A stretch of 64,000 nt of DNA from Candidatus Woesearchaeota archaeon CG10_big_fil_rev_8_21_14_0_10_37_12 (GCA_002762795.1 PCYA01000009.1:5059-69058); one strand, 5' to 3'; shown: positions 18,946-29,399, counted from the stretch's first letter. A program made the numbers and translations. Notes: generated from the letters alone by a model not told the origin.

Positions 18946-20637
18946 GTGCAGTTATATGTTATGAGATCACTTCCAGTTATATCAGAATTAAAACAACAAG
19001 TGTTTTCGGTGAAGAGGGAGGAGTTGGACGCTGTGATTGTGGGTCCGGATCAGGGTGAGGATCCATATCAGGAAGGGTCTCGGAAGAACTTTAGTGGGCC
19101 ACCTCTTGGGGCTTATACCGTAGCTCATTTTGCTGAAGCTCAGGGCTTTAAAACGACAGTATGGGATCCTAACTTGGATGGGAAAAAAGGACTATATGAG
19201 TTAATTAGGGATAAAAGGCCTCCTGTCTTGGGATTTTCGATTTTGCATGAAACTCTTGAGGATGATGTAAGGAATATCGTTGCGGCAAAAGAGGCATCGC
19301 CGGATTCGACTATCGTAATCGGCGGCTTTGAAGCAACCTTGAATTGGAGGCAATTATTTACTGAAGTCCCAATGATTGACGTGGCGGTGCTGGGGATGGG
19401 GGAAAAGACATTTTCCTACATCTTGAGCAGTGCTCAGCAAGGACGTAGCGTTGAGTCTATTCCTGGTATTGTCTATAGAAAAGGACTAAATGATCTCGTT
19501 GAGACATCGCGTGAGAAATACACAAGCAGTGATTTCGTCGATGCGCTTAATAATCTTGATTTTGGAAGAGTCCCTTATCCGCGTTATTGGAATGTGATTA
19601 CCTCACAGGGTAGGGCAAGCTTAAACACGATCAGGATTATGCTCACGGCAAATGATTGCAACTATAATTGTTCCTTTTGTACAGTGCCAGAGTTTTGGTC
19701 GGGATCAGATAAACAGCGGATCCAAAGAGGACCGATTCTTGAGGATGATGTTTCTATCGCTCAGATAGTTCGCGCGGTAAGATTACAGCCAGATACGCAG
19801 GCATTCTATATTGAGGACGATAACTTTGGCATGAATCCTAAGAGGATGGAAAGTGTGGCGCGAGGGATTATCCGTGCGAAAGAAATAGGATATCTCCCTA
19901 AAGATATCAAATTCTTCTGCCAACTCCGTGCCGAGTCGCTTCTGGAACAAACGCTTAAAGTCATGTGCGATGCGGGTTTTACTGTGTTATCATTAGGTAT
20001 AGAATCCTTTTCCCCAAATGTGCTTAATGAATTGACCAAAGCAGGCCCGAAGGCTGGGGAAAAGACTGCCAAGAAATGGGATGAGCGCTTGAACATGATT
20101 CTTGGCGTGCCTGGACTGACTCCATCTATGTTTATGATCCTCTTTACTCCTCAATCAACGGTAGATGATGTCAAATTGACGATGGATACTACTCTGTATT
20201 GGGTCAATCGCGGGGTGAATATGAATCTCAATGGCTATATGATATCATATCCTGGGGCCCCTATGGAAGCAAATAAATATGAGACCTTGACGTATCGTCG
20301 TATCAATGTTCCAAACACAACTATTGACTTTAAGGTTACTGATTTGGTGATGCCTATCAATAAAGACGTGAAAAATCTCGCGGAAGAGGCGTATAAACGG
20401 CAGGAAAGAGCAGTGATGGATTTGAGTGATGAATACAACTTGCCTCGTGATAAAATTCCTTTGGTTATCGAGCATCTAGTCCTTTTTAGAGAAGTATATT
20501 CGCTTATCACTGACAAAAAAGGCCAAAAAAATGCCACCAATATGATTAATGAGCGCCTCAGTGAATTAACAAAGTCTGCTGGAGCACCTGTTAATAGCTA
20601 TACGCTTTCAGGAAGTGTTTCAGAACAGTCATGCTAA
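18946..20637 (+). CDS. B12-binding-domain radical SAM enzyme
   Basis: CNYNCSFC (CxxxCxxC) follows an N-terminal Rossmann-like B12-binding region. GC is about 50%. Confidence 0.7.
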   Translation: MQLYVMRSLPVISELKQQVFSVKREELDAVIVGPDQGEDPYQEGSRKNFSGPPLGAYTVAHFAEAQGFKTTVWDPNLDGKKGLYELIRDKRPPVLGFSILHETLEDDVRNIVAAKEASPDSTIVIGGFEATLNWRQLFTEVPMIDVAVLGMGEKTFSYILSSAQQGRSVESIPGIVYRKGLNDLVETSREKYTSSDFVDALNNLDFGRVPYPRYWNVITSQGRASLNTIRIMLTANDCNYNCSFCTVPEFWSGSDKQRIQRGPILEDDVSIAQIVRAVRLQPDTQAFYIEDDNFGMNPKRMESVARGIIRAKEIGYLPKDIKFFCQLRAESLLEQTLKVMCDAGFTVLSLGIESFSPNVLNELTKAGPKAGEKTAKKWDERLNMILGVPGLTPSMFMILFTPQSTVDDVKLTMDTTLYWVNRGVNMNLNGYMISYPGAPMEANKYETLTYRRINVPNTTIDFKVTDLVMPINKDVKNLAEEAYKRQERAVMDLSDEYNLPRDKIPLVIEHLVLFREVYSLITDKKGQKNATNMINERLSELTKSAGAPVNSYTLSGSVSEQSC

Positions 20638-20678
20638 TTCGGTCCCATACTCGATGTCACCACAAAATATTAAGCTAG

Positions 20679-21392
20679 GTGAACATTCTCCTTTCTTTAA
20701 AGATGGAAAAAACAACAATACTCTGGGATGCAGGAGATGCAATATATCCTTTCAACATTGATTTAGCCTTTTCCAGGCTTGCAGCTAATTCAACAAAAGG
20801 ATTAAGCGTAGAAACTATTAAAGAAATTCTCTTTGGCAAAACATACGAAAGCCATGAATACAATGCAGGAATAACAGAAGACTATTATCTTGGAAAAGAA
20901 AGTGACGAACAATTTTACGAACGGGCAAAAAAATCATTAGGCTTAACATTTTCAATTGAGGAATTTGAGCGAGCATATTCAGACATTTTCACAGTAAATT
21001 CACGAATTGCAAGATTTATAGAACACGCCAACCAACAAGGATACGCGCAAGCAGTTGTTTCAAGCACAAACCCATTTCACTGGAAGGCAATGCGCAAAAC
21101 AATAGATCCTCAAACAGGAAAACCATTTGACATGGAAGCAATAATTAGCGAACGAAACATCATTACAACATACAAAGTAGGAGTAAAAAAACCAGACGCT
21201 GCACTCTTTGATCGTGCACTTGCAGTTGTTGGCAGAACAAAGGAGCAAGCAGTGTACGTTGATGATGTTTTAACTTATGTTGAAGCAGCGCGACAATATG
21301 GGCTTTCAGTAATACATATGAACACAAAAGCAAAAGATCCGCAAGGAAACTGTCTGAACGCATTAGAGGAACTTGGTGTAATCATAGAGTAA
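20679..21392 (+). CDS. HAD-superfamily hydrolase
   Basis: The N-terminal ILWDAGDAIYP replaces the DxD motif (weak). C-terminal YVDDV motif. About 237 aa. Confidence 0.4.
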   Translation: MNILLSLKMEKTTILWDAGDAIYPFNIDLAFSRLAANSTKGLSVETIKEILFGKTYESHEYNAGITEDYYLGKESDEQFYERAKKSLGLTFSIEEFERAYSDIFTVNSRIARFIEHANQQGYAQAVVSSTNPFHWKAMRKTIDPQTGKPFDMEAIISERNIITTYKVGVKKPDAALFDRALAVVGRTKEQAVYVDDVLTYVEAARQYGLSVIHMNTKAKDPQGNCLNALEELGVIIE

Positions 21393-21423
21393 ACATTAAA
21401 TAACTCTTTTTTATACAACATTT

Positions 21424-21531
21424 ATGCTTGATATTTTTGAACTTTTTGTGCCAGGAAGACTTTGCATATTAGGAGAATATGCAGATCTTGCAGCAGCACA
21501 TTGCTCAAAAAACTCTGCTATTGGAATATGA
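21424..21531 (+). pseudogene. N-terminal fragment of a GHMP-family sugar kinase (galactokinase/mevalonate-kinase-like motif)
   Basis: A 35-aa ORF. MLDIFELFVPGRLCILGEYADL matches PGR(V/L)xL(I/G)GEHxDY. It then terminates. Confidence 0.35.
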
Positions 21532-21687
21532 CACATACTTGTTATACCAACAAGCCAAGGCACACACGCACAAGTAATAACAAAAAGAAAAACAACAAAA
21601 ACTCATAGAATTACTCCAAAGAGAACTTGATGTAGAACTTTTTGGATTGCTGAGTAGTAGTTTGTAGTGAGCAGACAGAAATTATTT

Positions 21688-22662
21688 TCACAACATATCT
21701 TCAAGATTTACATGAACAACATCATCAACAACACCAGCTATTTTAATTTCGTTCACCATGTTAGCATATGTTTTATCATCACAACGCTGTTTCATCAAAG
21801 CAAGAACAGCAGCAACACAATTACCAATCTGACCATATTCTTGTCTTTTAATATCTTCAGGACCTGCAGTACAAACACCATTTTCAAAATGAATCCCTTG
21901 CCAAGAATTAAGAACTCCTGTGTATCTATTCGCCAAAAATTCTCTGACTGAATCAGGATCGCTTGGAACATACAACAAATGATCATGCTCAACACGATCG
22001 CCAGCTTCTATAAGTTTGCGATTTAATTCAGTAAAAGCAGTTTCAAGTCCTTCAGCAGTTTCATTCACACGAGCATAAGTTACAACAGTAATATTACGTG
22101 AGTCATCACCAGAAGTTAACCCAACATACATCAAGCTTTTTTTATCTACAGATACTCCAGTCTCTTCACTAATTTCTTCAACAGTTAAACGCGCAAAATA
22201 ATCAGCAGGTACGGGATTATCATGATCTGAAAAGCCTGCAGGAGGCGAATACAGACCACCCATATGAGCTGTAGTTTTATGACCAAAAACAAGTTTATTA
22301 TCAGTAGTTTCTACAAGCGCAACAAGATTTAAAACACGCGTAAGAACATGGCTGCCTTCACCATTTAACGCAGCACGTACTGCTTGATAATCAATGTACT
22401 TGGTATCATTTGTAGACAAAAAATGCCTTCCTTTTAAATCCAGACCTGTAAGGTACAACAAAGTTCCATCATATTCGCCAGGTTTTAATGAAAACTCCTT
22501 TATCGTTTCAGTAATATTGCGCTCTTTATCACTTGCTCCAATAAGATTATCCTGAACGCGCAGCATATAAGGAGTATGACTTACAACAAGATCAGTAAGA
22601 GAAATAAATGCTGCATCAAAAACATACGCATTACCAATCGTTGACTTAACCATTATCTTCAC
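21688..22662 (-). CDS. Hypothetical protein with a weak Nudix-box-like segment
   Basis: No secure motif. GG...ARLTVEEISEETGV loosely resembles GX5EX7REUXEEXGU. Confidence 0.3.
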   Translation of the reverse strand: MKIMVKSTIGNAYVFDAAFISLTDLVVSHTPYMLRVQDNLIGASDKERNITETIKEFSLKPGEYDGTLLYLTGLDLKGRHFLSTNDTKYIDYQAVRAALNGEGSHVLTRVLNLVALVETTDNKLVFGHKTTAHMGGLYSPPAGFSDHDNPVPADYFARLTVEEISEETGVSVDKKSLMYVGLTSGDDSRNITVVTYARVNETAEGLETAFTELNRKLIEAGDRVEHDHLLYVPSDPDSVREFLANRYTGVLNSWQGIHFENGVCTAGPEDIKRQEYGQIGNCVAAVLALMKQRCDDKTYANMVNEIKIAGVVDDVVHVNLEDML

Positions 22663-22716
22663 TCAAGTACCTTTTCAGTGACATCAACTACGTTGGTCAC
22701 TATAAAAAGATTTCGG

Positions 22717-23610
22717 TCATTTTTTGCGATTTAACAACTCTTCAAGATAAGCGCGGAACTCATCCTTCATATCTTCTCGTTCAAGAGCAAACTCGACAAG
22801 AGCTTTAACATAAGTTATTTTATTGCCAATATCATATCTTACGCCTGTTTTATCACAAGCAAGAACAGTCTGTTTTTTGCACAATATGTTGATAGCATCA
22901 GTTATCTGAATTTCTCCACGATTAAGCTCAACTTTATCTATTAAATCAAAAATTTCAGGCGGCAAAACATACCTGCCGGTCAATGCGAGATTTGAAGGCG
23001 CAGTTTCTACACTTGGCTTTTCCACCATACCTTTTGATTTGTAGATATCCTTTTCAGCTTCAAAAGGCGCAGGATCAACAACACCACAATTTACAACCTC
23101 GCTCATTGGCACTTGCTCCACACCAATAACTGGCTTCTTGTATCTCTCATACACATCACACAATAGTTTCATAGAAGGAACTGAGTTTTTCATTATTACA
23201 TCCCCAAGCAAAACAGCAAAATCATCATCGCCAACAAAAGTGCGTCCATAGCGTATCGCATCACCAAGCCCGTTTTGTTCCGGCTGTACAACATACTGAA
23301 TATTTGCCAACTCGGAAATTTTCTTAACACTCTCAAACAGAGCTTTATCTTTTTTCTCAAGAATAGCCATTAATTCAGGAGAATAATCAAAATGCTTCTT
23401 TATTATCTCTTTTGACTTGCTTGTAACAATAAGAATATCAGTAATACCAGCAGCAACAGCTTCCTCAACAACAACTTGAATAACAGGAGTATCAATAAGA
23501 GGCAACATTTCTTTAGGTATTGCTTTGGTAGCAGGAAGAAACCTTGTTCCAAAACCTGCTGCAGGAATAACTGCTTTACGTATCATACTAAAAAAAGAAA
23601 AAGAACGCAT
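22717..23610 (-). CDS. galU: UTP--glucose-1-phosphate uridylyltransferase
   Basis: AVIPAAGFGTRFLPATKAIPKEMLP N-terminal signature. Confidence 0.8.
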   Translation of the reverse strand: MRSFSFFSMIRKAVIPAAGFGTRFLPATKAIPKEMLPLIDTPVIQVVVEEAVAAGITDILIVTSKSKEIIKKHFDYSPELMAILEKKDKALFESVKKISELANIQYVVQPEQNGLGDAIRYGRTFVGDDDFAVLLGDVIMKNSVPSMKLLCDVYERYKKPVIGVEQVPMSEVVNCGVVDPAPFEAEKDIYKSKGMVEKPSVETAPSNLALTGRYVLPPEIFDLIDKVELNRGEIQITDAINILCKKQTVLACDKTGVRYDIGNKITYVKALVEFALEREDMKDEFRAYLEELLNRKK

Positions 23611-23626
23611 TTAAAATCTTATCGTC

Positions 23627-25354
23627 TCATTCAACTTTATAAATCCAAGTTTTACTATTTGGAAGAGTACCAACAAGTATCTTATCCAACTTTGCTCTCG
23701 GATAACTATCAAGAAAAACCCTAGCATCATAATCGGCAATGTCTGATAAAGGACCTGTTTCTAAACGCTCATGCACAACAATATAACGCACAGAAGGCCT
23801 ATTTTTAGGATAACTAAAACTCCCTGTAGAAAATTCAGGCTTGTTAAAACCTGTTTTAATGACTTCTTTTAGCAACTCTTCTTTCTCAGGAAGAAGCTCA
23901 ACATACACCCTTTTTTCCTTGTCATTTTTCAAAAAGAAAAAAGCCATCTGATACTGCCTTGAGGTAATCACTGTAAAATCTCCTTTAGTGTTATCAAGCA
24001 TAAACTTAATAGCCCCTTCATAATCGTGCTGCATTGATTGAATATGATTATTATTTGCAATCGTAAACAAAAACAAGCCTGTTTGACCTGCAACAAGTAA
24101 AATTACCAATACTGCAACTGAAAAAATCGCTTTCTTTGGCAACATAAACACACCCCTTGCAGCAAAAACAGAAAGCAAAACTGTAACAGGAATCATATAC
24201 CTTGGAATAAGCCCATGAAAAACAAAAATAACAAAATTAACAAGCGCATAAAAAACAATACACAACTCAACAATGCTGTAACTTTTTGACTCAAACCATT
24301 TTTTCCTCCAAAAAACTCCAAGCAAAATAAACGGCAGAAGAATCCAATTCAAGAATACAGAAGTAATCACAACAACTGCTTTTTGCAACTTACTTAAATC
24401 ATATCGATTCATAATAAGATCTTTCTTATAAGCAGGCAAAGCATAAGAAAACTCAAGATCTTCTGCAGTAATAAAACCAGATCTTTGCTCACTAGATCCA
24501 TAAAAATTCTCTAAATTAGTAGCTGACCTTCCAAGCAGCGTTGAAACTCCAAAATTTACAAAAACAATCTCGCGCGCTATCAGAGGCGTTAAAACCAAAA
24601 AAAACAATGCCAAAGAAACAACCAATGACGTAATAACTTTCTTTCTCGCTATCCAACTAACAAAATCTTTTTTTATCAAAAATACAATCAACAAAACAGG
24701 AACAATCAACAATACTTGTCTTTTAAAAAGCACACCAAGCGCTAAAAATACAGCCAGCCAATACAAATGTTTTGCATTTTCTTTTTTACAATACCTGTTA
24801 AACTGATATATACAAAGAAGGGTAAAAAGCGCAACACCATTCTCAAGCATGGGAACAGCAGCTTCATAGAAAAATAGCGTTCCAAAACCTGCAAAAATTG
24901 CCGCTAAAAAACCTGTTTTTTCGTCATAAATATCACTTGCAAGCCTATACACCATCCACAAAACAAGCAAACTCATTATGAGCGGAACAATCATCATACT
25001 CCAATAAGAAACCCCAAAAAACAAAAACACTATTGTTAAAAGAATAACCTGCAAAGGCTCCCAATCTGCTAAACCTGAAAAAATTTTATAATGCGCATGA
25101 CCATCTATAAACTTCTGAGTAAAATCACCAAGGGAAGTCATATTTACCAATTCTTCACTAATAATATTAGCTGTAAACCCTGCTGCAAGCGCTCTTTGAT
25201 ACGAATTAGATATAGTCATATCAATTTGCGTTCCGATTACTATCTGTAAAACTGCATAAAAAACAAGAAAAATCAACATTATTTTTTTCATAACACTTAG
25301 CACTCCAAAACAATTTATTAACCTTTTGGCTCTGTAGAAAATCTTCGCTAACAC
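23627..25354 (-). CDS. Polytopic membrane glycosyltransferase (ArnT/PMT-like) with a C-terminal extracytoplasmic domain
   Basis: About 11 TM helices in the N-terminal 400 aa, then a soluble C-terminus. Confidence 0.4.
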   Translation of the reverse strand: MLAKIFYRAKRLINCFGVLSVMKKIMLIFLVFYAVLQIVIGTQIDMTISNSYQRALAAGFTANIISEELVNMTSLGDFTQKFIDGHAHYKIFSGLADWEPLQVILLTIVFLFFGVSYWSMMIVPLIMSLLVLWMVYRLASDIYDEKTGFLAAIFAGFGTLFFYEAAVPMLENGVALFTLLCIYQFNRYCKKENAKHLYWLAVFLALGVLFKRQVLLIVPVLLIVFLIKKDFVSWIARKKVITSLVVSLALFFLVLTPLIAREIVFVNFGVSTLLGRSATNLENFYGSSEQRSGFITAEDLEFSYALPAYKKDLIMNRYDLSKLQKAVVVITSVFLNWILLPFILLGVFWRKKWFESKSYSIVELCIVFYALVNFVIFVFHGLIPRYMIPVTVLLSVFAARGVFMLPKKAIFSVAVLVILLVAGQTGLFLFTIANNNHIQSMQHDYEGAIKFMLDNTKGDFTVITSRQYQMAFFFLKNDKEKRVYVELLPEKEELLKEVIKTGFNKPEFSTGSFSYPKNRPSVRYIVVHERLETGPLSDIADYDARVFLDSYPRAKLDKILVGTLPNSKTWIYKVE

Positions 25355-25495
25355 TACTGGTCATTGGCTTCTTGCCTGCACTTATATAAATAAAGAGCAG
25401 ACATTCACCGACGGGGTCACCCCCCTTGTCAGCTAAAAACAACAACCAAAAGAGGCTCGCCTGATGCCAATGACCTACACTTTCTACAGAGTCTA
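25326..25495. mobile_element. Miniature inverted-repeat element (about 170 bp) with roughly 25-bp terminal inverted repeats related to the IS end at 18296
   Basis: Left end GGCTCTGTAGAAAATCTT...GGTCATTGGC, right end GCCAATGACC...CTTTCTACAGAGTC. There is an internal GGGGTCACCCC palindrome. Confidence 0.55.
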
Positions 25496-25505
25496 ACCTT
25501 TTGAT

Positions 25506-26525
25506 ATGGTTTTAAATAATACAAACTATTTTTTCAATACAATGATCCAAAAAAAAGATTTTTTATCAGTCATTTTACTTAATTACAACATGAAAGGACT
25601 CATCAAAGGAGCACTAGACTCCCTGAAACGCCAAGATTATGACAAAAACAAATTTGAAGTGATTGTGTTTGACAATGACTCTAGCGATGGAGCAGATATA
25701 TGGATAGAACAAAATTATCCTTGGGTAAGACTAATAAGAACAGGAAAAAATACAGGCTATGCAGCAATGAATTTAGGACTGAAATATGCAAAAGGAGACT
25801 ATTTATTTTTTCTCAACAACGACTTAACATTTGCGCCTGATTGCCTTTCTAAACTAATGCACGCAATCAAAACCTTGCCAGAAGACGTAGCAGCCGTAAC
25901 ACCGCTTCGCAAAGACATCAAAACCAAAAAAACAGCATACCATCGCAAAATCCTCTCACGATCTTTTTATGGCTGCTCTACAATAGACAAACACCCCAAA
26001 AAATACTACGAAGATGGTTTTACTGGCTTTCCATTATACAAACGCGAAATTTTAAACAAACTTGGAACATTCATAGACCCTGACTACTTCATGTACGCAG
26101 AAGACATAGACTTTTGCTATCGAACAAGAATGATAGGATACCGCAACATACTCGTAACAGACGCAGTTATTTACAACATGGGAAGAGAAACATCAAAAAA
26201 ATATATGGGCGAAGTGAGAATAACATACTTTAACGAGCGAAATTTACTTCAAACATTTTTTAAAGATGTTGAAAAGAAAAATATTTTTGTTTATTTCCCT
26301 TATATGTTTTTTATGCGTATTCTCGCTCTTATCTTAGCCCTTGTCCGCTTTCGTTTTTCAATTTTTTGGGCAAAATTACGAGCATACTGCTGGGTTGCCA
26401 CAAATATTTTTAAAATACTCAAAAAAAGAAAAAATGTTCAGAAAAGAAGAATTTGTTCTGACTCTGAAATATTCAGTGTTATCGGCAACGAATACATTTT
26501 CCTGAAAAAATTGTTAAATTTTTAA
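25506..26525 (+). CDS. GT2 glycosyltransferase with a C-terminal membrane segment
   Basis: LSVILLNYN...VFDNDSSDG...FFLNNDL. Confidence 0.75.
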   Translation: MVLNNTNYFFNTMIQKKDFLSVILLNYNMKGLIKGALDSLKRQDYDKNKFEVIVFDNDSSDGADIWIEQNYPWVRLIRTGKNTGYAAMNLGLKYAKGDYLFFLNNDLTFAPDCLSKLMHAIKTLPEDVAAVTPLRKDIKTKKTAYHRKILSRSFYGCSTIDKHPKKYYEDGFTGFPLYKREILNKLGTFIDPDYFMYAEDIDFCYRTRMIGYRNILVTDAVIYNMGRETSKKYMGEVRITYFNERNLLQTFFKDVEKKNIFVYFPYMFFMRILALILALVRFRFSIFWAKLRAYCWVATNIFKILKKRKNVQKRRICSDSEIFSVIGNEYIFLKKLLNF

Positions 26526-26549
26526 GTTCATAACCTATAAAAAACAAAT

Positions 26550-26845
26550 AAAAATCCCAACCACCGCAAGCGGTGGAGTATTTTTAAACTTCATCGGGAA
26601 AAATCATACCGCAGCAGAGCTGCGGGGTATTATAATGAAATTCGTAAGAAATCGAACAAATAGTTGCGAATGTCAAGAACTGTCAAAAATAATCAATAAA
26701 TTGTGACAGTTCGCAAGAAATGCAAAGCATTTCTGCGCCCAGAAAATAACAAATTTTCTTGGGCTTGAGCACGCTCAGAAATTCATACAAACCATATTAA
26801 ATTTTGTGAATTTCTGACGTTTCAAATATAGTAAATTGCTAAATT
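26550..26845. repeat. Hairpin-rich interspersed repeat cluster C
   Basis: CCACCGCAAGCGGTGG (26560-26575) and CCGCAGCAGAGCTGCGG (26609-26625). The TTTTGTGAATTTCTGACGTTTCAAA block is shared with locus A. Confidence 0.65.
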
Positions 26846-26905
26846 GTTCGATATTTAAGGCAATTTACTATAGACCCAATGAAGAAATAAAAGATCGGTA
26901 TCAAT

Positions 26906-28399
26906 ATGACAAACTACCTTAAAAAAGCAATACTTGGTGTTATTTGGATATTTCTACTCTCGCTATGTGGCTTATTTTTTCTCTACCTTTTTCGCCTTGT
27001 TCTTGCGCGCAACTTAACACCTGAAGAATACGGACTTTTTTATTCAGTGTTATCTTTAGTAATCACACTCCATCTTTTCAAAGACCCAGGACTTAAATAT
27101 GCCCTCATAAAATACGTATCTGAATTTTTCCCACACAAAAAATTTCAGCAAATAAACCGCATATTCTCTTTAACCATATTAACATGGACAGGAACATCGT
27201 TCATCTTCTCAGCAATATTAATACTTCTTGCTCCGTGGCTCACCCAAACATACTTCAAACAAGAATCAGCATACTTTCTCATAATATTCTTTTCGATTGC
27301 TTACTTTTGGACAGGAGACTACATAATAGCATATATTTTTCAAGGCATACAAAAAATGGCACTTTTTGCAGCAGTTGATGCATCGAGATCTTTTCTTTAC
27401 CTTATTATAACTTTCAGCACATTCCATTTCTACTCACACTCTTTAATTTTTCCTGCTATTGCATATGCTGTAACTCCAATTATCCTCACAATCATATATT
27501 TACCATTCCTCAAAAAACAACTCCCCCAACTAAAGCTCACACTTAAAGTTCCATTTCAATTCGTTAAAAAAATGACAACATTTGGAATCCCTCTTTCAAT
27601 CACCAACATATCATACACATTTCTGCAACAAATAAGCATACTGATTTTAACATACTTTGGTTCACTAAAAGATGTTGGCCTGCTAAATGTCGCTTTACCA
27701 ACTGCAGCACTTCTTGTTACTTTATCATCATCACTTTTATACGTTGTCTTTCCCATGAGTTCTGAACTTACATCAAGAGGACATATAAACCAACTCAAAA
27801 AAGGTTTATTTCTCCTTTACAAATACTCTTTCATGATTCTCTTGCCAGCAAGCCTGCTTTTATTTGCATTCTCTGACCTTGCAATACTCACTCTTTTCGG
27901 AGAAAAATACATAGAAGCAACCACAGCATTAATGATCCTAACATTCGGAAGCCTTTTTTGGGTACTAGCCAACATAAATTTCACAGTACTTGCAGGAATA
28001 GGGAAATCACGCGAACCACTTAATGCAATGATATTCATGATGATCATTACTGTAATTTTAAATTTTGTTTTTGTCCCATTTTTTGCTTTAACAGGAGCAG
28101 TTATAGCAATTCTTACTGGATATATATTGGCATTTATTCTAAGTTTGTTCATGTTAAAAAGACACATACCCCTAACTATTCCGTATTGGTTATGGATTAA
28201 AAATCTTTTCGCAGGAATTTTATTTTTATTTGCAGTAGTTATTGCCAAAAAAACTTTTGTTTTAACAAGCTTTCATTTTGAAGCAGCAGTCATATTATTC
28301 GTGACAGGAATAATCTACATACTGCTAATCTTCTTATTTAGAATAGTAACAATAAAAGAACTAAAAAGCATTTTAACACGGTTCTTAATCAAGAAGTGA
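26906..28399 (+). CDS. Wzx-like oligosaccharide flippase (MOP/MATE superfamily)
   Basis: 497 aa with 12 or more TM helices, in glycosylation-cluster context. Confidence 0.65.
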   Translation: MTNYLKKAILGVIWIFLLSLCGLFFLYLFRLVLARNLTPEEYGLFYSVLSLVITLHLFKDPGLKYALIKYVSEFFPHKKFQQINRIFSLTILTWTGTSFIFSAILILLAPWLTQTYFKQESAYFLIIFFSIAYFWTGDYIIAYIFQGIQKMALFAAVDASRSFLYLIITFSTFHFYSHSLIFPAIAYAVTPIILTIIYLPFLKKQLPQLKLTLKVPFQFVKKMTTFGIPLSITNISYTFLQQISILILTYFGSLKDVGLLNVALPTAALLVTLSSSLLYVVFPMSSELTSRGHINQLKKGLFLLYKYSFMILLPASLLLFAFSDLAILTLFGEKYIEATTALMILTFGSLFWVLANINFTVLAGIGKSREPLNAMIFMMIITVILNFVFVPFFALTGAVIAILTGYILAFILSLFMLKRHIPLTIPYWLWIKNLFAGILFLFAVVIAKKTFVLTSFHFEAAVILFVTGIIYILLIFLFRIVTIKELKSILTRFLIKK

Positions 28400-29332
28400 T
28401 TTTTCAGCAACAAGCTCTATTCTACCACCTAACTTTGACCAAGAAAGGACATGACAAAGCGGTAAACAAAGCAAACTACATAATTTACTATTTGCAATAA
28501 AACTATTCTGAAGATTTTTTGGCTTTTTACGGAAAGCATTCAACAAATAAACAACACTTCCTAAAATCTCAAACGGAACAGAAATATATCTGACCTTTTT
28601 AATTACCAAATTGTGTTTTTCACATAGAGCGCTTAACGTATGCTTATTAAAATGAAATAAATGACGAGGAAAATCAAGCTCTGCCCAATAGGTTCCAAAT
28701 AATCTTGCCAAAACTCCATTCTTGTTAGGCACACCTATAATTATTCTTCCTCCAGTTTTTAACAACTTAGCAGCACTTTTTATTGTATCATCAGGATCTG
28801 AAACATGCTCAAGCACATTATTTAACGTTATAATATCAAAACTTTCTTGAGTAAAACCAACAGTATTTAACTCGCCTTTCTTGATATTAAGTGAAGGAAT
28901 ATCTTTTTGAATAAAAGGATCAACTCCATAAACGTTCAAACCAAGAGTTTTCATACGTGATAAAAACACGCCATTGCCGCAGCCAATATCAAGTAACTTT
29001 GCTCCTTTCTCGATAATTGCTGTTCTAAAAAATGGAAAAAGCGGATAAAACAACACTTTCAAAAATTTATTTCCTTCATCAGCAAAAAAAGTAAAATAAA
29101 GAAACTCTGCAAATTTATTCCGTTTAATCTCTCCTGAAAAAGAATAATACTTTTCAGGATAATGCTTACTTAACTCCTCTTTGCCTGGCTGAGGATTAAC
29201 AAAAACCAAACCACACTCAGAACACTTAACTCCTTGAAATATTCCAGGAAGATTATACATCCTATCCTGTCCAATAATAAAATTTGCAAGTTTTCTACTT
29301 CCACACAAATTACAATTTTCAATTTTTTTCAT
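28385..29332 (-). CDS. SAM-dependent methyltransferase with an N-terminal Zn-ribbon
   Basis: CNLCGS...CSECG, then LLDIGCGNGVF. Confidence 0.7.
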   Translation of the reverse strand: MKKIENCNLCGSRKLANFIIGQDRMYNLPGIFQGVKCSECGLVFVNPQPGKEELSKHYPEKYYSFSGEIKRNKFAEFLYFTFFADEGNKFLKVLFYPLFPFFRTAIIEKGAKLLDIGCGNGVFLSRMKTLGLNVYGVDPFIQKDIPSLNIKKGELNTVGFTQESFDIITLNNVLEHVSDPDDTIKSAAKLLKTGGRIIIGVPNKNGVLARLFGTYWAELDFPRHLFHFNKHTLSALCEKHNLVIKKVRYISVPFEILGSVVYLLNAFRKKPKNLQNSFIANSKLCSLLCLPLCHVLSWSKLGGRIELVAEKSLLD

Positions 29333-29399
29333 ATTATTTCTTTTACCAGCATTTCCTTTCTTGGAAACATTTAAATAACTTTTTCTTTTCTAACAACTG

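Noticed and set aside
25380-25450. RNase P RNA, SRP RNA or another tRNA hidden in GC-rich intergenic hairpins
   Set aside because: No conserved RNase P or SRP motifs, and no cloverleaf with a T-arm GTTCGAATC-type loop, apart from the single tRNA-Trp at 52634
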